Below, one piece after another: positions 9,819 through 18,727 of a stretch of 64,000 nt of DNA. The DNA is from an uncultured Flavobacteriaceae bacterium (GTDB lineage: Bacteria; Bacteroidota; Bacteroidia; NS11-12g; UBA955). The DNA lies in assembly GCA_964626685.1 (NCBI GenBank), contig CAZVJY010000009.1:116-64115 (forward strand). Reading direction: 5' to 3'. The first letter of the stretch is position 1. The number at the start of each line of letters is the position of its first letter. The notes under the pieces are model-generated. The model was not told the DNA's origin and did not search any database. It saw only the letters and a list, made by a program, of their open reading frames with translations. The position numbers and the translations under genes are program-made.

Positions 9819-10601
9819 TTATTTGGTTATGTAACCTTTCATGATACCGCGGTCAGATTCTTTGATGAACTGCAGTATTTCATCGCGCTCTGTGGTAGGC
9901 GTAAATTCCGTCTCAATGATTTTAATGGCTTTGGCGGTGTTGTATCCTTTCACAAACAGGTTTCTGTAAATATCCTGTATCTCGCTTATTTTTTCGGTTG
10001 AGAAGTTACGCCTGCGCAACCCAATGCTGTTAACGCCTTCGTAGCTGAGGGGTTCACGGGCAGCTTTGGTATAGGGTGGAACATCTTTTCTTACAAGACT
10101 TCCTCCACTGATCATGGCATGCCTGCCGATTTTCACAAACTGATGCACCAGTGCTGCGCCACCCAGGATGGCCCATTCGCCAATGTGCACGTGCCCTGCT
10201 ACCTGAACGCTGTTTGCCAGAATGCAGCAGTCTTCTACAACACAATCGTGAGCAAGATGCACATAGGCCATCAGCAGTACGTTTGAACCTACTTTGGTGT
10301 AACCCTGGGCTTTGGTTCCTTTGTTGATGGTGACATATTCCCTTATGGTGGTGTTATCGCCAATAATGGTGAGGGTTTCCTCGCCGTCAAACTTCAGGTC
10401 CTGCGGAATGGCACCAATGGATGCACCGGGAAATATGCGACAGTTCTTACCAATCCGGCTGCCTTTAAATATGATGGCCCCGGACATTACATGCGTGCCT
10501 TCTCCAATTTCTACATTCGCGTGGATGGTAACGAATGGATCAATCGTAACATTATCGGCAATCTTTGCAGAGGGATGAACGTATGCCAGGGGTTGAATCA
10601 T
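9819..10601 (-). CDS. lpxA: Acyl-ACP--UDP-N-acetylglucosamine O-acyltransferase
   Basis: 260 aa with left-handed beta-helix hexapeptide repeats, a C-terminal helical domain, and lpx operon context. Confidence 0.92.
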   Translation of the reverse strand: MIQPLAYVHPSAKIADNVTIDPFVTIHANVEIGEGTHVMSGAIIFKGSRIGKNCRIFPGASIGAIPQDLKFDGEETLTIIGDNTTIREYVTINKGTKAQGYTKVGSNVLLMAYVHLAHDCVVEDCCILANSVQVAGHVHIGEWAILGGAALVHQFVKIGRHAMISGGSLVRKDVPPYTKAAREPLSYEGVNSIGLRRRNFSTEKISEIQDIYRNLFVKGYNTAKAIKIIETEFTPTTERDEILQFIKESDRGIMKGYITK

Positions 10602-10641
10602 AATAGCGGTGGAGCAAAATTAAACTATAGCCGGGACTTTA

Positions 10642-11073
10642 TTACTTGGCCTTTTTACGCTTCAACATCAGCACAAAATCGGCTTCCTTGCTGTGTGTTG
10701 TAAGGCTCATGTTGTCATCATCCTTAAATTCCAAAACAGCTGTATCTTTTTTGGGAGATCCGGGAGAACCTGATATCAACTGTTTGCCGTTATCTGAAAT
10801 TTTCCAAGTGCCAATTTCGGGCTGACCGCCGAACGTGCGTGTCATCTTGCCATCTTTTGCAAAGTCAATAGTGGCATTGCCTTTCATTTGCTGAATGATG
10901 CCTTCCATCATACCGGCAATCATAATCATATTTGAATCGTTTTGTGATTCTTTGGAAAGGGTGAGTTTTGCGTCATTTACCACCCAGTTTCCTTGTATCT
11001 TTTTAGAAGGATTAGAGCACGAAATCATGCCAAAAAGGGCGATGAAGCCCATGGAATAAATAAGTTTTTTCAT
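10642..11073 (-). CDS. Small lipoprotein (lipocalin-like), hypothetical
   Basis: MKKLIYSMGFIALFGMISC lipobox. Start taken at the second Met (11073) of ORF 10642..11100. Confidence 0.6.
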   Translation of the reverse strand: MKKLIYSMGFIALFGMISCSNPSKKIQGNWVVNDAKLTLSKESQNDSNMIMIAGMMEGIIQQMKGNATIDFAKDGKMTRTFGGQPEIGTWKISDNGKQLISGSPGSPKKDTAVLEFKDDDNMSLTTHSKEADFVLMLKRKKAK

Positions 11074-11135
11074 AGGTTTAAGGGTCAAAGATACACGCAT
11101 TTTTTAATCATGCACTGTGAAAGCAAAATATTCAA

Positions 11136-12542
11136 TCAGGATATTTTGCTGATTAAGGCTGTCATTTCAGCTTCGCTGACCAGTTTGTCTCCAACAAATG
11201 CTTTCCCTGTCATGGTGCAAATACCCCTTCGAATATCCAGCAATTCCATCTTCATTACCAGTGTATCGCCGGGTACTACTTTGTCCTTGAACTTGGCATT
11301 GTCTATTTTCAGAAAATAGGTACTGTAGTTTTCTGGGTCTGGAACGGTGCTCAGAATCAGTACACCACCTGCCTGTGCCATGGCTTCCAGTTGCAAAACA
11401 CCAGGCATAATTGGATCACCGGGGAAGTGACCTGCAAAAAATGGCTGGTCATAGGTGATGTTTTTTACTGCCACAATGGTTTTATCGTCCTTGCTTACAA
11501 TTTTGTCCACCAGCAAAAACGGGTGCTTGTGTGGCAGCATTTTAATGATGTCGGATGTGTTGTAAAGCGGTTTTGCATTTGGGTCATACTGGGGTGGTCC
11601 TTCCTGCTTGCGGCGCTGTTCTTTTTTAATCACCTGCTTAATTTTCTTGGCAAATGCCACGTTGCTGGCGTGTCCGGGTCTTGCGGCCATAATTTGACCT
11701 TTAATGGGCATTCCGGCCAGTGCAAGGTCGCCAATCATATCCAGCAGTTTGTGCCTGGCTGGCTCATTCTGAAAGCGAAGGTCCAGGTTGTTGAGGATAC
11801 CTTCTTTGCGCACTTCCACGGAAGGTTTATTGAAGATTTTAGCCAAACGATCCAGCTCATCCTGTGAAACGGCTCTGTCAACCACAACGATAGCGTTGTT
11901 CAGATCACCGCCTTTGATTAAGTTATTGGCGAGCAGCATCTCGAGTTCGTGCAAAAAGCAAAATGTTCTGCAGGGAGCAATTTGGTTTTTGAATTCTGTA
12001 ATGTGTGTCAGTGCCGCATGCTGGCTTCCCAAAACGGGGGAGTTGTAGTCTACCATCACGGTAAGCCTATATTCATTCACAGGCATAGCAATAATCTCTA
12101 CCTGATTGGCTTCATCGGTAAAATGGATATTGTATGGAATTTCAAAATACTCCCGTTCGGCATCCAGCTCTACTGTTCCACAGGCTGAAAGCGCTTCCAC
12201 AAAGGGTTTGCTGCTTCCGTCCAGAATGGGCATCTCAGGGCCTGAAACATCCAAAAGTACATTGTCGATTTCCAAACCTACCAATGCAGCAAGCACATGT
12301 TCTACCGTGCTGATGGATGCTCCGTTTTTTTCGAGTGTGGTTCCACGCGAAGTGTCGGTCACCAAATCGCAGTCTGCTTCAATTATGGGTTGACCGGGTA
12401 AGTCTATCCTGCGGAATTTGTATCCGTGGTTGGCTTCTGCAGGCTGAAATGTAAGCGAAACTTCTGCACCGGAATGAAGGCCAACTCCATGAAGGGTTAC
12501 AGGGGCTTTAAGTGTGGTTTGTTTGGGGTTAATCTGACTCAT
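11136..12542 (-). CDS. lpxC/fabZ: Bifunctional UDP-3-O-acyl-GlcNAc deacetylase / 3-hydroxyacyl-ACP dehydratase
   Basis: N-terminal LpxC (TLKAPVTLHGVGLHSG, HVLAAL). C-terminal FabZ (LPHKHPFLLVDKI, FFAGHFPGDPIMPGVLQLEAMAQ). Confidence 0.93.
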   Translation of the reverse strand: MSQINPKQTTLKAPVTLHGVGLHSGAEVSLTFQPAEANHGYKFRRIDLPGQPIIEADCDLVTDTSRGTTLEKNGASISTVEHVLAALVGLEIDNVLLDVSGPEMPILDGSSKPFVEALSACGTVELDAEREYFEIPYNIHFTDEANQVEIIAMPVNEYRLTVMVDYNSPVLGSQHAALTHITEFKNQIAPCRTFCFLHELEMLLANNLIKGGDLNNAIVVVDRAVSQDELDRLAKIFNKPSVEVRKEGILNNLDLRFQNEPARHKLLDMIGDLALAGMPIKGQIMAARPGHASNVAFAKKIKQVIKKEQRRKQEGPPQYDPNAKPLYNTSDIIKMLPHKHPFLLVDKIVSKDDKTIVAVKNITYDQPFFAGHFPGDPIMPGVLQLEAMAQAGGVLILSTVPDPENYSTYFLKIDNAKFKDKVVPGDTLVMKMELLDIRRGICTMTGKAFVGDKLVSEAEMTALISKIS

Positions 12543-12551
12543 TTTTCAATA

Positions 12552-13598
12552 TCAGGAATTGTCCTTTTGTTGTTTTAATTTCTCAAGTTCTTTGGTTAAC
12601 AATTTCAGTTCATGGATTACGTCTGGCAATTTTTTAAATGCTGCCCAGCTTCTGAATTGCTCTTTCATGGGGCTGGCAGGAGATCCAATCCAGTTGGTGC
12701 CGGTTTCTTCAATCGTTTTGGTTACGCCGGACTGAGCGCCAATTCCCGTGCGGTCGGCAATGCTGATGTGACCCACAAAGCCCACCTGACCGCCAATCTG
12801 GCAGTTGGCTCCAATTTTGGTGCTGCCGCTTACACCGGTTTGTGAAGCAATTACCGTATTGGCGCCTATTTCGGCATTGTGTGCAACCTGTATCAGGTTG
12901 TCCAGTTTGGTGCCGTGTCTGATGATGGTACTACCCATGGTAGCCCTGTCAATGCTGCAGTTGCTGCCTATTTCTACATCATCTTCAATAACAACATTGC
13001 CAATCTGTGGAATTTTTGCATACGTGTCGCCGATAGGCGCAAAACCAAATCCGTCGCTGCCGATTACTGTACCTGCGTGAATGATGCAGTTGTTGCCTAT
13101 TTTGCAGCCTGCGTAAACTTTTACACCAGGATACAAGGTGCAGTTATCACCGATGCTTACGCCTTTGCCCACAAATACCTGCGGATAAATCTGTGTGTTG
13201 TTTCCAATACTTGTATTTTCATCCACATAGGCCGTGGCGCCAACGAAGATATTTTCACCCAGAGAAGCGGAAGCATGAATATAACTGCCGTTTTCAATGC
13301 CGTTTTTAGGTTCATTGGGATTAAACCAGGCATTAAGTACCATGCAAAAAGCAAAATAGGGATTGGCGTGGCGGATTAAGGCAAACGAAACCGGCTGACT
13401 TGGTTTGAAATCAATTGGAACGATAACTGCAGCAGCCTTGGTTTCATATAGCTGTGCTTCATATTTGGGATTTGCGAAAAAGCACAGGGTTTGGTCGTTC
13501 GCTTCTTCCAGTTTGCCTGGCTGGTTGATTTCGATATCGGCATTGCCTTCTACAACAGCACCGGTAATTCTGGCGATTTCAGCAATGCGTATTCCCAT
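12552..13598 (-). CDS. lpxD: UDP-3-O-acylglucosamine N-acyltransferase
   Basis: Long hexapeptide-repeat core in lpx operon context. Start at MGIRIAEIA (13598). The upstream ATG at 13613 overlaps the -7 box. Confidence 0.9.
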   Translation of the reverse strand: MGIRIAEIARITGAVVEGNADIEINQPGKLEEANDQTLCFFANPKYEAQLYETKAAAVIVPIDFKPSQPVSFALIRHANPYFAFCMVLNAWFNPNEPKNGIENGSYIHASASLGENIFVGATAYVDENTSIGNNTQIYPQVFVGKGVSIGDNCTLYPGVKVYAGCKIGNNCIIHAGTVIGSDGFGFAPIGDTYAKIPQIGNVVIEDDVEIGSNCSIDRATMGSTIIRHGTKLDNLIQVAHNAEIGANTVIASQTGVSGSTKIGANCQIGGQVGFVGHISIADRTGIGAQSGVTKTIEETGTNWIGSPASPMKEQFRSWAAFKKLPDVIHELKLLTKELEKLKQQKDNS

Positions 13599-13610
13599 CC
13601 TACAATTATG

Positions 13611-13618
13611 CAAAAATA
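13611..13618 (-). promoter_or_regulatory. Candidate -7 box (TATTTTTG on minus strand) for lpxD operon
   Basis: Exact TAnnTTTG, 12 nt upstream of the lpxD ATG at 13598. Confidence 0.35.
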
Positions 13619-13647
13619 AGTACTAATTTCCAAAGCAGACATTTGCC

Positions 13648-13655
13648 TATATTTG
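13648..13655 (+). promoter_or_regulatory. Candidate -7 box (TATATTTG) for moaD-moeB-moaE
   Basis: Exact TAnnTTTG ending 4 nt before the moaD ATG at 13660. Confidence 0.35.
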
Positions 13656-13659
13656 CTTC

Positions 13660-13887
13660 ATGGTCAATGTACTGTTGTTTGGACGTTTGGCAGAAATATG
13701 CGGACAATCGAACATCATTCTTAATTTGCCGGATACCGATGCTGTTTGCGAAAAATTAAAGAACGATTTTCCCGCGCTCAAGCCTTTGAGTTTCGCCGTA
13801 GCGGTCAATCAGGTTTTGATTGCAAATAATACGCAGCTAAATGATGGTGACGAACTGGCGCTAATGCCGCCCTACAGCGGAGGATGA
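13660..13887 (+). CDS. moaD: Molybdopterin synthase sulfur-carrier subunit
   Basis: 75 aa, ubiquitin-like size, C-terminal ...PPYSGG, followed by moeB and moaE. Confidence 0.8.
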   Translation: MVNVLLFGRLAEICGQSNIILNLPDTDAVCEKLKNDFPALKPLSFAVAVNQVLIANNTQLNDGDELALMPPYSGG

Positions 13888-13888
13888 A

Positions 13889-14668
13889 ATGGACGGCTAT
13901 TTCCGTCGGCAAATACAACTCAATGAAATCGGAGCGGAGGGACAGCAAAAACTGCTGTCTTCCCGTGTGCTGGTAATTGGTGCCGGGGGGCTTGGATGTC
14001 CTTTTTTAATGAATGTGGCTTCCTGTGGTTTGGGCTCAATAACAATCATTGATTTTGATAATGTTGAATATCACAATCTGCACAGGCAAACGCTATATGC
14101 TCCAGGCGATGTTGGAAAATCAAAAGCAGAGTGTGCTGTTCGTTTTTTAGCAGATAGATTCCCTCATGCCCGTTTTAATGCGTTACATGCCATGTTTGAT
14201 CCACAAATGGCAATTTCTATGGTTTCCGAAGCGGATATACTGGTTGATTGTACTGATAACCTGCAGGTTCGTTACCTGATGGATGACGCCGCCCGTATTT
14301 ACCAAAAGCCATGGGTGCATGCCTCGGTAAGCAAGTTTAATATGCAATGGGCTTTGTTTCGGCCGCATCTGGGTTATTCCTACAGAAATATATATCCCGT
14401 GCCGCCCAATCCCATGTTTATGGGACAATGCAATTCGGACGGGATTCTGGGTTCTGTTCCTGCACTTGCAGGGACGATGCAGGCGAATTTTGTACTGAAT
14501 GCCTTGCTGGGACTGGATCGGGTGGATGGAAAGATTTTTCACTTTGATGTTAGGAATGCGCAATCTTATGCTATGACCTATAAACCTAAGCCAGTAACTG
14601 AGCCTAATAATGCATCGGAGATATTAAAATACGACTACATAGGTTTTTGCCAAAATTTTAACACATGA
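13889..14668 (+). CDS. moeB: Molybdopterin-synthase adenylyltransferase (ThiF/MoeB/HesA family)
   Basis: Rossmann motif VIGAGGLGCP plus YHRQ-type block (YHNLHRQ). No rhodanese domain. Confidence 0.85.
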   Translation: MDGYFRRQIQLNEIGAEGQQKLLSSRVLVIGAGGLGCPFLMNVASCGLGSITIIDFDNVEYHNLHRQTLYAPGDVGKSKAECAVRFLADRFPHARFNALHAMFDPQMAISMVSEADILVDCTDNLQVRYLMDDAARIYQKPWVHASVSKFNMQWALFRPHLGYSYRNIYPVPPNPMFMGQCNSDGILGSVPALAGTMQANFVLNALLGLDRVDGKIFHFDVRNAQSYAMTYKPKPVTEPNNASEILKYDYIGFCQNFNT

Positions 14669-15114
14669 CGGAAGGGAAAAAGCATAAAAAAGTATTTGTG
14701 GATGGGCCAATTACACCGGCTTTTATAGCAGACAGCTTGGCAAAACACGCCACCAAACAAAATATTGGTGCGCACAGCATGTTTATGGGGCAGGTAAGGG
14801 CCGATGCAAAAGAAGAAGGGAAAGCTGTTACCGGCATTGAATATGAAGCCTATCCAGAGATGGCCATGGATACGCTTCACAGCATCCGCGAGGATGCCTT
14901 TGCCAAGTATTCCCTAACCTGCATGCACATTTACCACAGTCTTGGTTTGGTGAAAGCGGGAGAGATTTCGCTGTTTGTGTTTACGTCATCTGCTCACCGC
15001 CGCGCTGCCATTGAGGCCTGCGATTATCTGGTGGAGCGCATTAAAAAAGAAGTACAGGTATGGGGCAAGGAAATACTGGAAACGGGCGAAACTGTCTGGA
15101 AAGAACCGGGTTAA
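14665..15114 (+). CDS. moaE: Molybdopterin synthase catalytic subunit
   Basis: 149 aa, overlaps the moeB stop (4 nt), conserved ...HRRAAIEACDYLVERIKKEVQVWGKE C-terminal block. Confidence 0.85.
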   Translation: MTEGKKHKKVFVDGPITPAFIADSLAKHATKQNIGAHSMFMGQVRADAKEEGKAVTGIEYEAYPEMAMDTLHSIREDAFAKYSLTCMHIYHSLGLVKAGEISLFVFTSSAHRRAAIEACDYLVERIKKEVQVWGKEILETGETVWKEPG

Positions 15115-15938
15115 AGCTTTCCGTTGTAAATGTTAAAGCGGTTTTCACGCAAAAAACCCACCAGCGTAATGCCGAATTCTTTAGCACACTCAACGGCCAG
15201 GCTGCTGGGTGCACCAACGGCACACACTACAGGAATGCCTGCCATTCCTGCTTTTTGCATTAATTCAAAGCTGGCCCTGCCGCTGAGTAAGAGGATGTGC
15301 TCATCCAGTGGTGTGGTTCCGTTCATCAAGGCGCGGCCAATGAGCTTATCCAAAGCGTTGTGACGCCCCACATCCTCAAGCAGGTGAATTAAATTTCCTT
15401 GTGTATCAAACAAGCCCGAAGCGTGCAGGCCTCCTGTGCTTTCAAAGGTTTCCTGCTTTTCTCGCAGGATTTTTGGCAAGGATAATATCAGTTCGGGCGA
15501 CAGCGAGGTCATGGATTTGCCCGATTTTGCCGGCATCTGTGTTTTTACCGAATCCAGGCTGCTTTTTCCGCATACACCGCAGCTGCTGCTGGTATAAAAA
15601 TTGCGCTGTAGCTGTGCAGGGCTGAACAGTAAATCCGGGCTGAGCGAAACCTGCATATAATTGCTGCTTACACCAGGCAATGTTTGAACGTGTTTAGCCG
15701 ATAAAACATCTTCTTTTTTGTGAATAATGCCTTCGGTAAATAAAAAGCCTGTGGAGAGTTCGGCATCATTTCCGGGTGTGCGCATGGTAATGCTCAGGGA
15801 CTGAACCTTGCGGTCATCTATTGGTCCGAATTCCACCCGTATTTCCAACGGTTCTTCCACCGAAACAGTATCGTTGGTTTCGGTCAGTTTACCATTCTCA
15901 AATCGTTGTAAGGCAATATGTTGCTGTTTCTTATCCAT
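15111..15938 (-). CDS. fdhD: Formate dehydrogenase accessory sulfurtransferase
   Basis: SSSCGVCGK cysteine loop and EDVGRHNALDKLIG motif. Confidence 0.85.
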   Translation of the reverse strand: MDKKQQHIALQRFENGKLTETNDTVSVEEPLEIRVEFGPIDDRKVQSLSITMRTPGNDAELSTGFLFTEGIIHKKEDVLSAKHVQTLPGVSSNYMQVSLSPDLLFSPAQLQRNFYTSSSCGVCGKSSLDSVKTQMPAKSGKSMTSLSPELILSLPKILREKQETFESTGGLHASGLFDTQGNLIHLLEDVGRHNALDKLIGRALMNGTTPLDEHILLLSGRASFELMQKAGMAGIPVVCAVGAPSSLAVECAKEFGITLVGFLRENRFNIYNGKL

Positions 15939-16509
15939 GGTTTTTGCCTAAAATGGCATTTCTTTCTTTGGGTGTGTCCACGCTTTTCAAAGCTAAAGTA
16001 TCTTCTGTATCCAAAAAAAGTGAATTGCCCTGCCTGATAAAGCCTGACAGTGAATCTCCGCCATTGATAAAAAAATCCATTAGCAGCTTGCTTGCAGAAT
16101 GCCTGTAGTAAGCGATTAGCGGTTCACCCAAGCCCGATTCGGGGTGTCTGAAGCAAATAACATCAAATGTATCCTTATCTGCTGTCAATAGCTTTGAAAT
16201 TGTCTCTTTATTGAGGTTTGGGTAGTCACATCCCAGAAGCAGCCAGTTGCCTTCGAAAGCCCTGAAAGCAGACAGTAAGCCCGAAATAGGGCCATGACCC
16301 GAAAACGGAGGATGGTCGGTGATGATTGGTAAAGCGGAAAACAATTGTCTTTGTTCCTCACGGCAACTTACAAATGCTTCCAGTTTCAATGCTTTTGCCA
16401 AATTATACACATGCTGAACCTGCGGAATACCGTGGTAATCGAGCAAACCTTTGGGCTGTCCCATTCTGCGGCTTTCTCCGCCTGCCAATATCAAAACCCG
16501 GGTTTGCAC
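15931..16509 (-). CDS. mobA: Molybdenum cofactor guanylyltransferase
   Basis: LILAGGESRRMGQPKGLL N-terminal motif, 192 aa. Confidence 0.8.
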   Translation of the reverse strand: MQTRVLILAGGESRRMGQPKGLLDYHGIPQVQHVYNLAKALKLEAFVSCREEQRQLFSALPIITDHPPFSGHGPISGLLSAFRAFEGNWLLLGCDYPNLNKETISKLLTADKDTFDVICFRHPESGLGEPLIAYYRHSASKLLMDFFINGGDSLSGFIRQGNSLFLDTEDTLALKSVDTPKERNAILGKNHG

Positions 16510-16558
16510 AAGGCAAAGTTAATTCTCGGAATCGTTTTCAAATCCCGCCCGCACATGA

Positions 16559-16566
16559 TATTTTTG
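16559..16566 (+). promoter_or_regulatory. Candidate -7 box (TATTTTTG) for moaA-moeA-TSUP
   Basis: Exact TAnnTTTG ending 5 nt before the in-frame TTG at 16572. Confidence 0.35.
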
Positions 16567-16571
16567 AAGCA

Positions 16572-17552
16572 TTGCTTACCGATAGTTTCCATAGACCACA
16601 TCAGTATTTGCGCATTTCGCTCACAGATGCCTGCAATCTGCGCTGCTTTTATTGCATGCCGGATGAGGAGGTCCTGTGTACACCGCATCATCGGCTCATG
16701 CAAACCGATGAGATTGTTGCACTGGCAAAAACGTTTGTAGGTCTTGGAGTGAATAAAATTAGGCTAACCGGCGGTGAGCCGCTTGTTCGTAAAGAGTTTC
16801 CCGAAATTGTTAAGGAACTGTCGAAGTTGTCGGTGCAATTAACGCTCACAAGCAATGGTGTGTTTCTGGACAAGCATCTTGAATTGCTGAATGAATGCGG
16901 TGTTCGCGGCATCAACATCAGTTTGGATACCCTAAACCGTGAAAAGTTTTTATTGCTGACAAAAAGAGATAATCTTGAAGCTGTTAAAACCAACATCAAT
17001 AGAGCTTTGGAGCAGGGGTTGCATGTGAAAATCAACATGGTGGTGATGAAAGGGATCAACGAAAACGAGCTTAGTGATTTTGCAGAATGGAGCGTGCACT
17101 TGCCTGTACACATTCGGTTTATTGAGTTTATGCCATTTACGGGTAACCAATGGCACCACGAAAAGGTGTTTACACGAGACCAAATCCTGCAAAACATCGC
17201 CAAAAAATTTGATTTTATTCCGCTGGGCAAGGTACCCCATGAAACCGCCCATAAATATTTTGTAAAAGGGGCAAAAGGCAGTTTTGCCATCATCAGTACT
17301 ATGAGTCATCCATTTTGTGGCGATTGCAACAGGCTGAGGCTTACGGCGGACGGCAAGATGCGGAATTGCCTTTTTGCCACCCACGAAACCGATTTGCTCA
17401 CAGCGCTTCGAAACGGGCAACCTGTGGAACCCCTCATTATCGAAAACTTAAAACAAAAGAAGGAAAAACTGGGCGGGCAATTTGATGAGCAGTTCGAGAA
17501 AATACAGCCTGAAACCTTGCAAAACCGCAGTATGATAGCCATTGGAGGATGA
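16572..17552 (+). CDS. moaA: GTP 3',8-cyclase (radical SAM)
   Basis: YLRISLTDACNLRCFYCMP radical-SAM cluster motif and C-terminal ...IAIGG. The ORF-track start at 16326 overlaps mobA. No ATG lies between mobA and the CxxxCxxC motif, so TTG at 16572 (LLTDSF...) is the most plausible start. Confidence 0.88.
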   Translation: MLTDSFHRPHQYLRISLTDACNLRCFYCMPDEEVLCTPHHRLMQTDEIVALAKTFVGLGVNKIRLTGGEPLVRKEFPEIVKELSKLSVQLTLTSNGVFLDKHLELLNECGVRGINISLDTLNREKFLLLTKRDNLEAVKTNINRALEQGLHVKINMVVMKGINENELSDFAEWSVHLPVHIRFIEFMPFTGNQWHHEKVFTRDQILQNIAKKFDFIPLGKVPHETAHKYFVKGAKGSFAIISTMSHPFCGDCNRLRLTADGKMRNCLFATHETDLLTALRNGQPVEPLIIENLKQKKEKLGGQFDEQFEKIQPETLQNRSMIAIGG

Positions 17553-18724
17553 TAACTACAGAACAGGCCGCCGAATTGCTGGGAGGTAATCCATTGCCGC
17601 TAAAAAGCCGAACCATTCCGCTTTTTGAGGCTGCAAATATGTATTGTGCGGAGCCGGTTGCTGCCAAAGTGGCTGTTCCGCCGTTTGATAACTCTGCCAT
17701 GGATGGCTACGCTTTCCGCTGGGCTGATTTTCATCCCCAAAATCCGATGAAAATAACAGGGGAGGTTCCTGCAGGTGCAACTGCAGTTAAAAGCATAGAA
17801 AAATGCAATGCCGTGCGCATCTTCACGGGTGCCATGGTTCCTGAAGGTGCCGATACCGTGGTGATGCAGGAAAAAACCCAAGTAGAGGAAGGGCTGTTGT
17901 GGATAGATGACGATAATCTTAGGTTGGGCGGTAATGTGCGCAAAGCCGGATCGCAGTCGGCACTTGGAGATATTTTGCTGCAATCCGGTCAAAAACTAAC
18001 CCCCGGCGCCATGGGTTTGCTGGCTTCTGCCGGCGTTTCGGAGGTTTGTGTGTGGGAAATGCCCTCGGTGAGCGTGGTGGTGACCGGTAACGAAATTGTG
18101 ACACCCGGGAAGCCCCTGTTGCCGGGGCAGGTATACGAATGCAACAGCTACAGTTTGCTGAGTGCCTTGTCACAGATGGGAATCAAAGCCAATTTGTTTT
18201 ACGCATCGGATACAACCGCTGACTTACGCCAGCAGCTGGAAACGGCTATGGAAACCTCTGATCTGGTATTGATAACAGGCGGTGTTTCGGTAGGGGATTA
18301 CGACCTAGTTGTGCCAACCCTTAAAGATCTTGGCGTGGATTGTATCTTTCACAAACTGAAACAAAAGCCTGCCAAACCTTTCTATTTTGGCACCAAAGGA
18401 GAGAAACGCATATTTGGTTTGCCCGGCAATCCTGCTTCGGTGCTTACCTGCTGGTATGCCTGGATCAGACCATACATACTGAAAGCTGCAGGTGTTTCAT
18501 CCGGTCATGTTTTTCAAACGGCCGTGCTTGAAAACGAATACCGTCAGAAATCCGGTTTGACCCATTTTGTGAAAGCTTTTCTGGAATGCGGGAGCGTGCA
18601 GGTGCTGGAAGGGCAGGAGAGCTATCGGCTGGATGCCTTTGCGCATGCCAATTGTTTTATCAAAACGGATGCAGAAACGGAGATTTTGCAACCCGGCGAA
18701 ATCGTGCATATAATTCTGTTTTAA
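17549..18724 (+). CDS. moeA: Molybdopterin molybdenumtransferase
   Basis: PPFDNSAMDGYAF and TGGVSVGDYD motifs, 391 aa. Confidence 0.9.
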   Translation: MITTEQAAELLGGNPLPLKSRTIPLFEAANMYCAEPVAAKVAVPPFDNSAMDGYAFRWADFHPQNPMKITGEVPAGATAVKSIEKCNAVRIFTGAMVPEGADTVVMQEKTQVEEGLLWIDDDNLRLGGNVRKAGSQSALGDILLQSGQKLTPGAMGLLASAGVSEVCVWEMPSVSVVVTGNEIVTPGKPLLPGQVYECNSYSLLSALSQMGIKANLFYASDTTADLRQQLETAMETSDLVLITGGVSVGDYDLVVPTLKDLGVDCIFHKLKQKPAKPFYFGTKGEKRIFGLPGNPASVLTCWYAWIRPYILKAAGVSSGHVFQTAVLENEYRQKSGLTHFVKAFLECGSVQVLEGQESYRLDAFAHANCFIKTDAETEILQPGEIVHIILF

Positions 18725-18727
18725 GTT

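Noticed and set aside
13614-13659. Possible Moco riboswitch upstream of moaD, and also upstream of moaA at 16510..16571
   Set aside because: The gaps are only 46 and 62 nt and are occupied by -7 boxes. That is too short for the ~130-nt Moco RNA motif, and I saw no matching stem architecture.
16326-16571. Listed moaA start at 16326
   Set aside because: That stretch overlaps the mobA coding region on the other strand and adds 82 aa unlike any MoaA N-terminus. The conserved MoaA N-terminus begins around LTDSFHRPHQYLRISL.
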